Both the position numbers and the translations under genes were made by a program. DNA of 64,000 bases from Octopus vulgaris (lineage: Eukaryota), in the NCBI GenBank assembly GCA_951406725.2, contig OX597832.1, forward strand, positions 14,942,001 through 15,006,000. Direction: 5' to 3'. Positions 27,101-40,391 of this stretch are shown here, one piece after another. The notes below the pieces were generated by a model. That model was given only the letters and a program-made list of their open reading frames with translations, had not been told where the DNA came from and did not search any database. Every line of letters begins with the position of its first letter. Position 1 is the first letter of the stretch.

Positions 27101-27578
27101 CCCCATCTATTGGATGAAGTTAAATTAATAGACAAACAATACCACTGGAAAATATGAAAACTAAAAGAAGCAGCACATATGCTAGGACACGACAACCCCC
27201 TAAGAAGACAGAGTGCAAATATGAGCAGCATATAGAAACTGGTATTAAAGAAGAATAGTAAAATATTAGATTTATACGGCCTAAAATTCACTCCATAATT
27301 GCCCACGGGCATATGGCGTAGTGTTTAAGTGCGCGTGCCACCAACCCTGAGATTCCGAGGACGATTCAGTGCCCTGAATAATAATAATAATAATAAAAAC
27401 AACAACAACTTAGAAAAACATACTTAGGGAGGAGAACCTATGTTCGAAATTTCTCCAAGATGAAGGCTGGAGTGTATATCAGCCAAAATGTTGTGTTAAC
27501 AACAAACAAGATGAGGACAAATATCCGTCAAATATAAATAATGTATATCATTCCTCATATCTTGAATATAGAACTGTA
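27101..27578 (+). mobile_element. 5'-truncated Penelope-like retroelement with 10-bp TSD
   Basis: TSD TTATGTAAAG at 27091-27100 and 27579-27588. GIY-YIG endonuclease C-terminus LDEVKLIDKQYHWKI*KLKEAAHMLG...SI*K, then a terminal region with a decayed hammerhead. Confidence 0.85.
27307..27376 (+). promoter_or_regulatory. tRNA-like (Pol III A/B-box) segment embedded in the PLE terminal region
   Basis: GGGCATATGGCGTAGTGTTTAAGTGCGCGTG...GATTCCGAGGACGATTC: A-box-like TGGCGTAGTG and a degenerate B-box at tRNA-like spacing. Confidence 0.55.
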
Positions 27579-30446
27579 TTATGTAAAGTTGTTATAAATC
27601 TTGCATCTGTGTGAAGACGTTAGAATTTGAGAGATGACTTAAAATCACACTTGTATTGGAAGATATATATTGTTGATGAAAACTTTCAAAATAGATATGC
27701 GCATTTGTTGAACAATGTGTCTATGTGTCTATATGTATGTTTGTGTGTATAAGTATGTATATCAGTGTGCGGGCATACAAACACCTACAAACACAGACAG
27801 GAATATAAATTGCTACATATGTAAGCACATAAATCAAATAACACTCAATTACTGTTTTTGTTATACTGCTTAAATACTATATTGGGACTGCAGTATCGTA
27901 TTGTATAGAGATCAGTCGAAAAATATCATACTAATAAAATCATCGAAAGCAGTAAGAAAAAAAGAACATTTTATAATATTAATAAAATGTTTCTTTAATA
28001 ATTTTTCTTTGATTCACTTATGATTTTATTGATATTTATCTAATGGAATGAATATTTTTAATTAAAATTCTACATTGTTACTATGTAAATAATCAGAGCT
28101 TGAGAGACAATCAATATTTTCATAAGAAACGTGTTGACCGAGAAATTAAAGCAATGAACTTTTGTCATAATGTTGCTAACCTCCTGAACTGTACACTCTA
28201 ACACACATTGGGTTTCCTCTAAATGCATACTGCGTTAATAGGGCGCACAATATCTTTCATTATTATAGTCATTTACATTGATAATTATGTACTGTTTCCC
28301 AGCATCATGTTTAACCTCACACTCTTGACATTGTTAGTAATTATTCAACCACGTTTAGTCAGCTATAGATTTGATAATTGTAGGAATTTGATTATGCCAA
28401 TAGTAGATATTTAAATTTGAAATGACTTTGTGTATATGTTAACAGTTCACAAGTGTAAACTCTGTTTTAGTTCAGAGCTATTGGAGATAATCGACTGTCC
28501 ATCTGGATGAGATATTTACTTTTAATGGATCCAGGATGTATTACTGACTAAAATTACGGAATTAAATAATCGGCGTAGTTTTCCGTAGAATAATGAAGCC
28601 ATATCTTATGAGGAGATATTCGGTCCTGTAGTACATTTCAAAGTACAGGTCAAAAGAATGTGGTCGCTCTAACTCCAAAACGTCACGCGCTATGTGTGTG
28701 TATTTGTGTGTATGTGTGTGAGATCGTGTGTTTGTGTGTATGCCTGTATGTGTACACGTGTGTATTTGTGTGTATATGTCTGGTTCTGTGTCTGTCTACG
28801 TGTGTGTTTGCGTGTACAAGTTTGATAGCGCGTCCTTATTATTGTATGTATGAAAGAGGAAACAGAGTTTTTGAAAGTTGTAACAAGCTTTTCTATTCAC
28901 GGCTGTTTCATTATGCTTGACACAACCGAAAACAAAACACGGTTTAGTGTTGACGACACAGAATTTGACATTATTGTAATATAAAATGTTTCATTTTAGT
29001 ATTTCACATCTGAGGCAATGTAAAATATATTATATATAACATTCTAATAACGATATAATTTATATATTCTTCATGTAATTATACAGAGGGAAACACGATT
29101 CACATACCAGTTACATTGATATTCATTCATGTACGATGGTTTACTTCTTTAGATATGCTTGCATTTTTTGTCATGAAGTAGTAATTATTCTGAGATATAA
29201 TGACCACAGAATGAAAGTGATTCATTCACATATAATTGTCATATAAACTTACTAAAACCACTATCTTTCAGAGCGTTATTATATATTGGTGTAACATTAT
29301 TAAATATGTTCATATCGCAGGAGGGGCTAGAAATTCTCTTACTAATGTTTTTTAATTAAATTCTCAAACACTATGGTGGTAGGCTGAAACTTACATTAAT
29401 ATATGATAAATCTCTTAATGATAGTGGTGTTAGTAAGGAAATAACCTATACACCTGTTATTAGTCCAGAAATTAAGAAAAGAAAATATAGGAAGAGGAAA
29501 AGTATATGGTTCACACTCCATAGATTCCCCGAAGTGACCTTTAATATAGGCAGCTGTTTCTTACCAATTATAGATAGGCATTCTTTGTCCGGTGTGTATA
29601 TTTTTACATATATATGCAGATGCGTGGTTTTGTATATCGGCGTATGTATGTGCATGTGAGTATAACGATGTGTACATGAACACAATGATGTGTCATGGGC
29701 ACATACACGTGTGTGCATGTATGCGTGTATGCATGTATATATGTGTGTATGTTTACATGTGTATAGATATATATATATATATGTGTGTATATGTACACGT
29801 ATACACATGTGTGTGTGTGCATACATGTATGTATGTGAGTATATGTGTGCATATGAAAAATGTTATCAACGAAGTTTTACCACCATGACTATTGGAGTAA
29901 CGTCCCTTTCTTCAAGGATTTTTTCATAGAGTTTTCGTCTTAACTGTTGTTTTGCCGGAGCAGGCTTCCGCCCCAACATCCGAATCTTTGTTTTATTATG
30001 ACACCTAACTGATTGTCCTATTCTATATTTATAGATGAATTCCTGTATTTACATAATATCGAGGTCTCATTCATTCTTTTGTTGTCATATAATTATTATT
30101 AATTCATGTACGTTCATTTGGTTCGTTATGTATGTTAGGTTCGTCCGGGTTTCGCCTAACACACCTGCTGTTAATTTTGAATTCTCCTTAGAACAAAAAC
30201 GGAACACTTTATGGTCAGATATAGTGAAACTACGGTTATTGAAGACTTACTTTGCCTTCGTTTAAAAATGCAAGTGAAAATAAACAAACATCTTACAAGT
30301 TGAATACATTAACATAATTCTTTATAAAATGAATTCATCTAACAAATTTAATTTCATAAACGGCGTACATCAGTATTTACCTGTATCACAAAACTGATAT
30401 TGCTATTACATGATTAAATGAGGCTTGTTGCATTTATGTTTTCATA

Positions 30447-30820
30447 GGCATAGGAGTGGCTGTGCGATAAGTAGATTGTTTACCAACAACATGGTTCCGG
30501 GTTCATTCCCACTGCGTGGTAACTTAGGCAAGTATCTTCTACTATAGCCTTGTGTCAACCAAAGCCTTCTGAGTGCTTTTGGTAGACGGAAACTGAAAGA
30601 AGCCCGTCGTATATATACATATATATATATATGTATGTATGTGTGTGTTTGTGTGTATGTTTGTCCACCAACATTGCATGACAACCGATGCTGGTGTGTT
30701 TACGTCCCCGTAACGTAGCGGTTCGGCAAAAGAGACCGATAGAATAAGTACTAGGATTACAAAGAATAAGTCCTGGGGACCAATTGCTCGACTAAAGGTG
30801 GTGAATGAGTAAAAGAGTAA
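30447..30820 (+). mobile_element. SINE family B
   Basis: Head GGCATAGGAGTGGCTGTG, B-box GGTTCATTCCC, family body, shortened tail. Confidence 0.9.
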
Positions 30821-31214
30821 GTGTATTCTTCTAGTTATAATTTCTCTTATTATTTGGAAATATACACGACCGCTATAAGATTCAAATGTTTAAACATTGG
30901 CATATCAATATCTTTGAGCTTGACTAAGTAAAGTTCGTTGACTATGATAATATATATTCCTTTTCCTGTATTACATAATATTACTTGTATATCATATTGC
31001 AGAAAAATATCATTTTCACTATTATACTTGAAGGATGTTCCGTTTAGATATATAGCATTCTGAAATAACGACATTTCGAAGGAGATGTCATTCTATGCTA
31101 TGTAACTACATGTAACAATATATTTCGAAGAAATAAAGTATCGAAATATAATTTTTCAATTTGGAAACAAGGAAATGTAATTTTACTGTAAAACTTACTG
31201 ACTCGCATACATAT

Positions 31215-31294
<80 letters not shown>

Positions 31295-31672
31295 ACCATT
31301 CATATGGATATGTATTCAAATACTGCTGTTTTATTCACATCTGCATATAATCGCAAATATATCCATATGTATATATAAATGTATGCATCGTACGAATTAT
31401 GGATGAAACAGAGAGATACAAGTTGTGTATGTGAGACTGTCTTGATAAACATATAAAGTATTTACACGGAACTATTTCAGTGCACCTTTGTAAATGCAAT
31501 GATCTTCTCAACGATATTAAGAGGGTTGGACGTTATATAAGGAACGCATGTGGACAGCATTATAGGTCAATGCACGACGTCGTTGATATCCGAAGGAGTA
31601 AAAATGAGCAAAAAGCCTTCTCAGAGTGGATATAGTTTCAACACACACACAGGCACACAAAAATACATACTA

Positions 31673-31735
<63 letters not shown>

Positions 31736-31962
31736 CATACACGTACTCGCAAACAGCATATTCACTCACAAATTCACACACTAGTCACTACTCATATTTA
31801 TGCCGACACATGCACATATATATTTATGTATATATAATTACGTATACATAGACATACACATATGCACACTCACACATACATATAATACATTTATATTATA
31901 CAGATACATGTATGTATATGTATGTGTGAGTTTGCGTGTGTACGTGTGTTTTTATGTGTATG

Positions 31963-32017
<55 letters not shown>

Positions 32018-32359
32018 GCCTGCACACATACTTTGTCACATGTGTTCACAAACACAACCGGATAATATGCTGTTCAATTTTCGAAAACACATTCCTGTTT
32101 TATGTCTCCAACTTCCTGTCGTTTGCATTTCCCTCTTAAATTTCCATTGGGAATCAGACAAATAATTAATACTCACCGTAAAGGCCCGTTTGATTTTTGA
32201 TGCTTCCCCTTATTAATTCCTTATCGATTCGCCTACGCAAATATGTATGCGTGTGCGGTCACCTCTGTGTAAGTATAAGCGTGCAAGCATTAGCGTTGAC
32301 ATTCGGACAAAGAGTACCCAATGATATAACAGATGCATAGCAAATTATTACAAAATGTG

Positions 32360-33145
32360 TAGAAGATGAATTCAAGGTAACATTACGTATTTGGATGAAA
32401 ACAAGTTAGCAATTGCTAGGAGGGATATCTTCTGATATAATTAACTCTCAGATACTGAAATAATCACGCAGAAGCACTCAATGAAAAAAGACCTAAATAT
32501 AAGACAATGAGGAAAGGAAGTACCAGATGAAGAGAATAGCCAAACATGAACTTTAATTGAGAGGCTTCTGCTGACCGAATCATGCAAAGTTTCAAAGAAA
32601 CAAGAAATTCTAATGAACCTGATAAATATAGCCTGCAAGGTGGTATAGAAGGCTATACATTTGCTGTAGAACACAAATAGTCTAGTTTAGGATAAAGCAG
32701 AAAATTCCGATTGAGATTTTAGTTGTAAGACATGGAAGTATAATTGATAGAGAACCATTTCAATTCTCAAACACAAGTCAAAATAGCACGCAAAATACAT
32801 TTGGGCACTATGTAATACAAAAAGAAGGAGAATTAAAACTTTCATTACTGCGTTAAATGAAATTATTTACACATTTGCTAAAGCAATTGAGACAAACTCA
32901 TTGCCTTCGGAAAGACAAACGAAACGGAACTTGAAAAGAAAGCCACACAAGGGAAGTAAAAGTCAAAGTAACAAATAATTTAATTAAACTAAAAAACGTA
33001 GGACTGAATGTATGAGAGAGGAATTATCAATATTAAATGAACTAATTCTGGAAACGATGATGGATTCAGAAAATGAAGAAAGACGAAATGAAAATATGGA
33101 TTATCAACATGAGAAGCGTGGATATCAACTAAGGAGTAACTGAAC
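32360..33145 (+). mobile_element. Possible decayed LTR-retrotransposon pol/integrase C-terminal relic
   Basis: A-rich coding-like composition with many stops and a YQLRSN-like end. No intact motif. Confidence 0.25.
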
Positions 33146-33152
33146 TAAACTA

Positions 33153-33440
33153 GATTCTCCATGACAACAATGCATCCTGTCACGGAGCTTTCCCAACTCG
33201 TGAGTTTCTCACCAAAGACATCACATTTCGGCCTCTGCACCACTTCTATTAGCTAGATTTAGCTGCTGCAGACTCAAATCTCTTTCCCAACAAGAAAATG
33301 CAGCTCAAAGGTCAACATTTTAACGCCGTTGGCGTATCAATAGCGAATCGTAGGTCTCGGTTACGGAATATGATTACACGACAAAGGTTTCAGGGGCACC
33401 GAGATCGATTTATAGCAGCAGCATTCCGATGGTATTGCTA
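33153..33440 (+). pseudogene. Mariner transposase C-terminal fragment
   Basis: ILHDNNASCHGAFPTREFLTK...HHFY*LDLAAADSNLFPNKKMQLKGQHF matches HDNAPxH...YSPDLAPxDFxLFPxMKxxLKGxRF. Confidence 0.85.
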
Positions 33441-35458
33441 CTTAGGTAAATACGCTATTTTCTCTATTAATTAAAGCTAGCCAGGAAATGTTTATATACC
33501 ACCTCGTATATATGTACCTGACACTCAGTTCCTGCTCTCTCTGATCAAGATTGCATACGATACATAAGTATGTATGTATGTATGTATGTATGTATGTATG
33601 TATGTATGTATGTATGTATGTATGTATGTATGTGTGTATGTATAGATGAATAAATGTGTGAGTGTGTATATGTATCATTGAATATTAAATTCCTCTTGCA
33701 GAAAAGGACAATTAATTGAAACTTATTGAAGATATTTAGGACAGTTTACTCTGCAGCCTGCCCATTACGAACCGGACATTTGAAAAGAAAGCAATATGAA
33801 CTAATTTAGAGAGGTTTTCACACAGAAATTCAAGTTCAATATGTTAAGTATTCCTTTCCTCCATAAGTGATTAACAATATAACGATGTTGGTCCACACTG
33901 ATCAGAGTCAAATAAAAAACATTTCTTATGGATTAGGTATGCGGCCTGGCATACTAATATAAACTTCGAATGAAAGTTTTGCATAACGATGTCGTAAAAT
34001 GTCATTGAAAATAGGTTCATTAGAAGCGAAACGAGAGAAGTTACGATAACAAGAACATCATTATAAACAATGCCACGATCCTCATTATGACCATTAACAA
34101 CAAGAAGATGGGAAACAACAACAGGAAGAAATATTAATTTCACCAATATTCCAAATTGTTATCCAGAACAACCTAAATTTGCAGTGTAAAAGTTTATGTG
34201 GTTATGGAATTGTTACTGGGTAGGACATTATATTTTAGACTATAATATACGCATCAACTGCTTGTGAACAAATATTACGTTTGCGAAAGTTATATCATAT
34301 TTTCGTGTCATTGAACAGTTAACTAATAAAGTTTACGAGAATTTGATAATTACATATCAATTCATATTATTAAATATATAGTTTGTGGACGAATGTGATC
34401 ACATATACAACCAAGATCTTTCCTATTTAATCCTAATCTAGATTCACCCAGACACACATACACTCACTATACATTTACAAAGGCACCACAATATATGATA
34501 TGAAAGACGGTACATATACATATCATTGGTGTGGGTTTCTCGGTAATGCGTACTGATATGAACACATAAGTATACATACATACATATCTATCCATACTTA
34601 CACACACACTTACACACATTTATTAGAAATAATTTACATAACTGATTGTACGTGGTCCTTAAATTTATTTTGTTGCATGATTTAATCAAAAATGCTTCTG
34701 TCTCAGAACTTTGAAAAAGTTATGAAACCAGTTGGATGAAAACAAATTTCAAAGTGTTTTGACAGGTGGTATTACGAAAGTGTAAAATAAAATTAGAAGA
34801 CTTTACTAGGCTATATTAATTAAATATTGTTTCGTTCTTTTTCTTTTTTGCATTGTCGAATTTAAATGAAAGCATGTTTTTTGATATCAGTACTAATCAT
34901 AAATATGTGTTTTATGTTTCATGCAAAAGCAGTTGCTATTTTGTTTCGTAATTGAAACGTCATCATTCGTGAGCTAGATACTTTTAGTATTATGGATGGT
35001 AAAGACCCCCTGTTGTTATTCTTAATGACGATTAAGATATGCGTGAGCAAATGTAGAAAATATTTAATATTAATTTAATATAGAAATAGTGTTGCACACA
35101 ATTCTGAAATAGGAATTGAGTAGTAACAATTGTAATATGTCTGCTTTCCGAATCCTCTAAAGTTTTAAAAGAAATGGTAATTAAAAGAAAACAGAACGTA
35201 ATGAACAAATCTATAATTACTGGAGGCGACGAAAGAATCTACAACTTTCATTGATACTGTCAGAAAAGCTGTAACATTGCTCACACTATAAAATCTGTAT
35301 TAACGACAGGACGCACATATGTTCACACACACACACACATACACACTCAGAGGCCAACATATCCACATAAACGAACACAGAGAGACATATATATATACAT
35401 ACATGTGATTCTACGGTTTAGTATGTGTCCATGCATGTGAGCGAACGAGTACATACGC

Positions 35459-35518
<60 letters not shown>

Positions 35519-35559
35519 AATAGAATGCTTTGGCACGTCGTTTGTGCCCATGTAGATAT

Positions 35560-36330
35560 ACAGATATGCTATGGAAAGCAATGTTGAACAATGTACAACG
35601 ATTCTGTAGAACATCACGTATTTTACATTGTGCTCTTCAGGAGATAGGTTGTTATCACACGGATGCTTTTCATATCCGCTGGTAAGTACATTCCAATGCT
35701 TTCATTTCCATCATAATGACTGACAGAGTTTTTCTTCTCTATACGCTTATGAGATTTCCTATCCCCACCACGATTCTCCTGTGCCATATGTCCAGTTTCT
35801 CTAAAAAGTATAAGAAACACATCATCTCTTTTTTTTTTTTGGACTGCAATTTCCCGGATAGTTCATTCGCAAATTTTCCTCACCATCCATTCTGTTTCCT
35901 CACCATGTACGAATTTGATAACTGATGTGGTTTCTTATCAGCAGTTCCTGTTTTCCGTTTGACAACATTCGGATTCACATGGAGGAGTAAGAAATGTTCC
36001 TGTTCAGTTTTGTGTGGCTTCTGAAATTGCTTAATCCGAAAGTACAAAACATCCTCTTCAGTGAAGTCACTGTACATATAAACAATATTCATTTTATGAC
36101 TACATGTTCTCAGCCAAATATACCTGCCTGTAGCACTGCATCACTTCTTTCTTTCAGCGTAACGTTTGCAAATAGTGGTATTCTTCTTTTTACGAGTTCG
36201 CTTGTTGCCGTCACTATTAGGAATCATTTCATTTGCATCACTTTGTATAATATCTTGCGACATTTATTCGTCTTCTAAGTCTACCATCTTTAGAATTTTA
36301 CATCATGTGATGCATAAGATGTGCCCTGAT
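35560..36330 (-). mobile_element. Possible decayed Gypsy gag relic
   Basis: Minus strand has a frameshifted CF...RETGHMAQE segment resembling a zinc knuckle, within coding-like sequence. Heavily decayed. Confidence 0.3.
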
Positions 36331-37110
36331 TGGCCGGCATGCAGACGTTCCGAATTTTAAACACAATAACTTGATTAAATCTGATTTTGATTGGAAGACT
36401 AAGATTCACCTACGGTCTATATGTCATCTATCCCAGTTTGACTAAAAATCCCACCAGCAGCTTGCAGATTGAGTTTTAATGATCGTCATGAAATCGAGCA
36501 AATTCGCATTTATACCGGTTTTGAAAGTAGGCTCTTCATATTTACTCCCATGGGAAATCATTTTATTTCCCATGGGAAATCATAAAAATTCCAGGTATAT
36601 GATTGGTACATACTTGAATACACATATATTTGCATACATAAACACTTACTCTCGTAAATGAGAGTGCGCGTTTTGACACGCATTATTATGGTGCACTCTT
36701 ACCAGGATTAACTAAATGTTGTCTCTCGGTTCATGTGTTTAAACTAATTTATTACATATATTTTTCTCGATGGATGCCTCATTCTCTTTTATTTAATGCG
36801 CATAGGAATAAAGAAGAATATCAATTACCAATCGTATTGAATCATGGAGGGAAGGAGTTTATAAGGTTTGCAGGTTGAATAAATTTGATTTGTATGCTAA
36901 ATTGCCAGGTGTATCGCATTTTCGTTATTCTCTGATTTCTTTCAAAGTCATTTTGTAGCGATAGAACAGGAGCTCGAACCGATTGACCCATTTCTTCTTC
37001 TAGTTGTATCCTTCTGAACTTAGTTAATCAAAATAGAAAGGATATTGATCAATTATATTCCCACTGTGATATATTTTCTCCGGATAAATTTCAGCCATGA
37101 CAGTACGAAC

Positions 37111-37896
37111 TTATCTATTTGCTGCCCATAAGGGGCTACCCACAAATGGGCCAAGCAAGGACGGACAAACGGATTAAGTCGATTATATCGAACCCAGTGC
37201 GTAACTGGTACTTACTTAATCGACCCCGAAAGGATGAAAGGTAAAATCGACGTCGGCGGGATTTAACCTTAGAACGTAGCGCTGACGAAAAACCTATTTC
37301 TTTACTACACACAGGGGACTAAACACGGAGAGGACAAACAAGGACAGACAAACGGATTAAGTCGATTATATCGACCTTAGTGTGCAACTGGTACTCATTT
37401 AATCTACCCCGAAATGATGAAAGGCAAAGTCGACCTCGCGGAATTTGAACTCAGAACGTAGTGGCAGACGAGGTTCCTATTTCTATTTCTTTCCTACCCA
37501 CAGGGGGCTAAACACAGAGAAGACAAACAAGGACAGACAGACGGATTAAGTCGATTATACCGACACCAGTGCGTAAATGGTACTTAATTTATCGACCCCA
37601 AATGGATGAAATGCAAAGTCGACCTCGGCGGAATTTGAACTCAGAACGTAGTGGCAGACGAGGTTCCTATTTCTATTTCACTAGGGGCTAAACACAGAGA
37701 GGACAAACAAGGACAGACAGACGGATTAAGTTGATTATACCGACACCAGTGAATAACTGGTACTTAATTTATCGACTCCAAATGTATGAACGGCAAAGTC
37801 GACCTCGGCGGAATTTGAACACAGAATGCAACGGCAGACGAAACACCACTAAGCACTTCGCCCAGCGTGCTAACGTTTCTGCCAGCTTGCCGCCTT
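37111..37896 (-). mobile_element. SINE family A tetramer (one headed unit plus three headless ~180-bp units) with 11-bp TSD
   Basis: Units begin at about 37116, 37295, 37483 and 37670 (plus-strand coordinates). TSD ACAGTACGAAC at 37100-37110 and 37897-37907. Confidence 0.9.
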
Positions 37897-40309
37897 ACAG
37901 TACGAACAGGTGTTTCTCACATTTAACACGAAACAGTGTAAATTAGGGAATATTTCTTATTTCCAGTTAATTGATAAACCACGTAATGCCAATAAGTTAA
38001 TTATGAGAATTCTTTTCATGTTGAAGTTTTCTATTCTTTAAAAAAATGAGGATAGACGAATTCCGACAAATTATACCTTCAGGTAAATTGCGTCATATCT
38101 TCTCAGTTATTTTCTGCAGTCATGCGATGTACTTGATTATATTACTTCGAATTTCATGCTGTATCATCAGGGTACATTTCAGTTATATTCGTTCATAAGC
38201 CTTACCTAAAATTGAAGAGGTGCAATTATAGCAATTATTTGAGTTATGTATTCATACTGAAAGGATTATTTCATAAGGCTGCCGTTGAAAATATAACTAA
38301 TCCATCGCAAGTTAGTACTTAAAAATCTGATAATTTATCAGGCAACTATATTGCAGCTGGACATTTATTGACGCATGTATGAAAGTAGGTGTTTTAAAGT
38401 GTTTCAAAGTGGCTTGAAGTTACACGCGGGGATTTATAGTGAAGAGTAAATAAGCTTAATACTCAGTCAACGCGCATACCCAGCCAAGAATGTATAAACA
38501 TGCTGAAACATAAGAAATAGCATTCTAACATGCAAGTAATCGAAGATAATATCCTCTCTCTCTCCCATATTGTCACTCAATATGTGTGTGTGCAAGTGTA
38601 TGAATTTATGGTTCATATATATATATATATATGGAGGTGGTGTTGAAGATTTTGTCTTTAAGCCTGATACGTATTATCATACCGCATTTATTTAAATCTT
38701 CCTTTACATGAGATCCGACGATAAGTGATAAAGGAACACATTCATGAAACGAGAGAGGGCGATGGAAAGTTAAAAAGCTAGGTAGAGATAGAGAAAGAAT
38801 CAGCGAGATACTCGGAAAAAGTATGATTCTTATGACATGCCAATTCTGTATAAATATCGACAATAAACCACCTTCTTTCGTGCTGGATAGAATTTGAACA
38901 TAGAAACAACTTTATTTGTAACGTCGGATAATATATCGGAGATTACGCATCGGAACTACGAGAGGATATTATGAAATGTTATCTCTTGTAGTATCTGTTT
39001 AACTAAAGTTTTACATTTACATGCAGAATATTTTTCTTATGAAAAATATTAGTGATTATGTATTTATTGTTTCTTGTATTACATCACTCAACCACGCACA
39101 AAATTACATAACGGCTTTCCAATAATTTACTTCATGTGAATTGTTATCCTGCAAAAATCTTCATGTATTTTTACTCCACCGAGGGCGTTGAAATCTCTTT
39201 GCTAGACTCTACCGCTGGGATATCACCAACAGCAGGCTGTTCGGTCTCACAGATTGTAATCCCTTATATTGTAGATCACTCGGAGTAAAATATATCAAGC
39301 TAAATAAACACTCATCATACTATGACTATGTTAATATGAAATATGCTTGCGTTCGGCAGAATAATAATCGAAGCTATGGGAGAACTAAATATTCTGTTCA
39401 CACAAGGGGAGATCAAAATGGATGCTAGTTGCCCTGTGTATATATCTAAAGTACGATTGACGTAGATATTTTGAATAAATATGTACATGAATGTTAGAAT
39501 ATTATATGTTACAAATTATATATTGTTCGCATCTCATCAGTGTATATGTGTACTGATATGTATATGCATGGCTCCGCAGTTGCTGGGGACTTTCTTCACA
39601 ATTTAATAAACAAATAGTATAGTATAGATTTGTGAGTAAAAAAATATTTTCTTAACCTCCCATTTTATTTTCATTGTAGCTGACAATTCTATGGAAATTG
39701 AACTGGAATTGAATACAATTCCACTTTATTATTCCAACCTTTCACAGATGAGAACCATTTCTTGAGAATAAAATACTCTTAAAGAGTTTCCAAGTATATA
39801 AGTAATACCATTGGAGACCTCACTTTCCTGCCTTCCATATTTGCTTTCTCCAAATTTTTCTTCCTACTTTGAAAAACAGCGTTTGTAAAGGAAAAACAGA
39901 AAGAAGTTTAAGGGTTTTAATCATTACGGGTTTTATATGATAATTAAATTATTAAACTGCACTGCACGGCTTTTTGTAAATTTATGCAATTCCTGTTCCA
40001 AAATTAATTGTTTGTTAGTTCTCTGATTAAAAGTTCTCCAATTTATCAATGTAAATTTACAAAGGTATATCATTCTTTCGATTCTGGATTCTCACATTTC
40101 TACGTTAGGTTTATTTCAGGAAATGTACACATAAATGCAAGCATACATATAAGTTACAATAATTTATTAGTTTCTTTTGCATATTCTTAGTTTATGCATG
40201 TGTATGCAAATACAGTATTGGTACATCCCATTTATCTTCATTAGAAATTAAATAAATAAAGAATTTTGACATGTGCGAATATTTATTTCCCGCCACTGTA
40301 TATATACAT

Positions 40310-40354
<45 letters not shown>

Positions 40355-40355
40355 T

Positions 40356-40391
<36 letters not shown>

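Noticed and set aside
27307-27376. Functional tRNA gene
   Set aside because: The T-arm is degenerate, there is no complete cloverleaf, and it lies inside a retroelement; treated as tRNA-derived only.
32170-32270. Strong minus-strand donor ACG|gtgagta
   Set aside because: Only weak acceptors upstream; an exon cannot be supported without transcripts.
37111-37896. CRISPR array or satellite
   Set aside because: The units are SINE bodies with no unique spacers.
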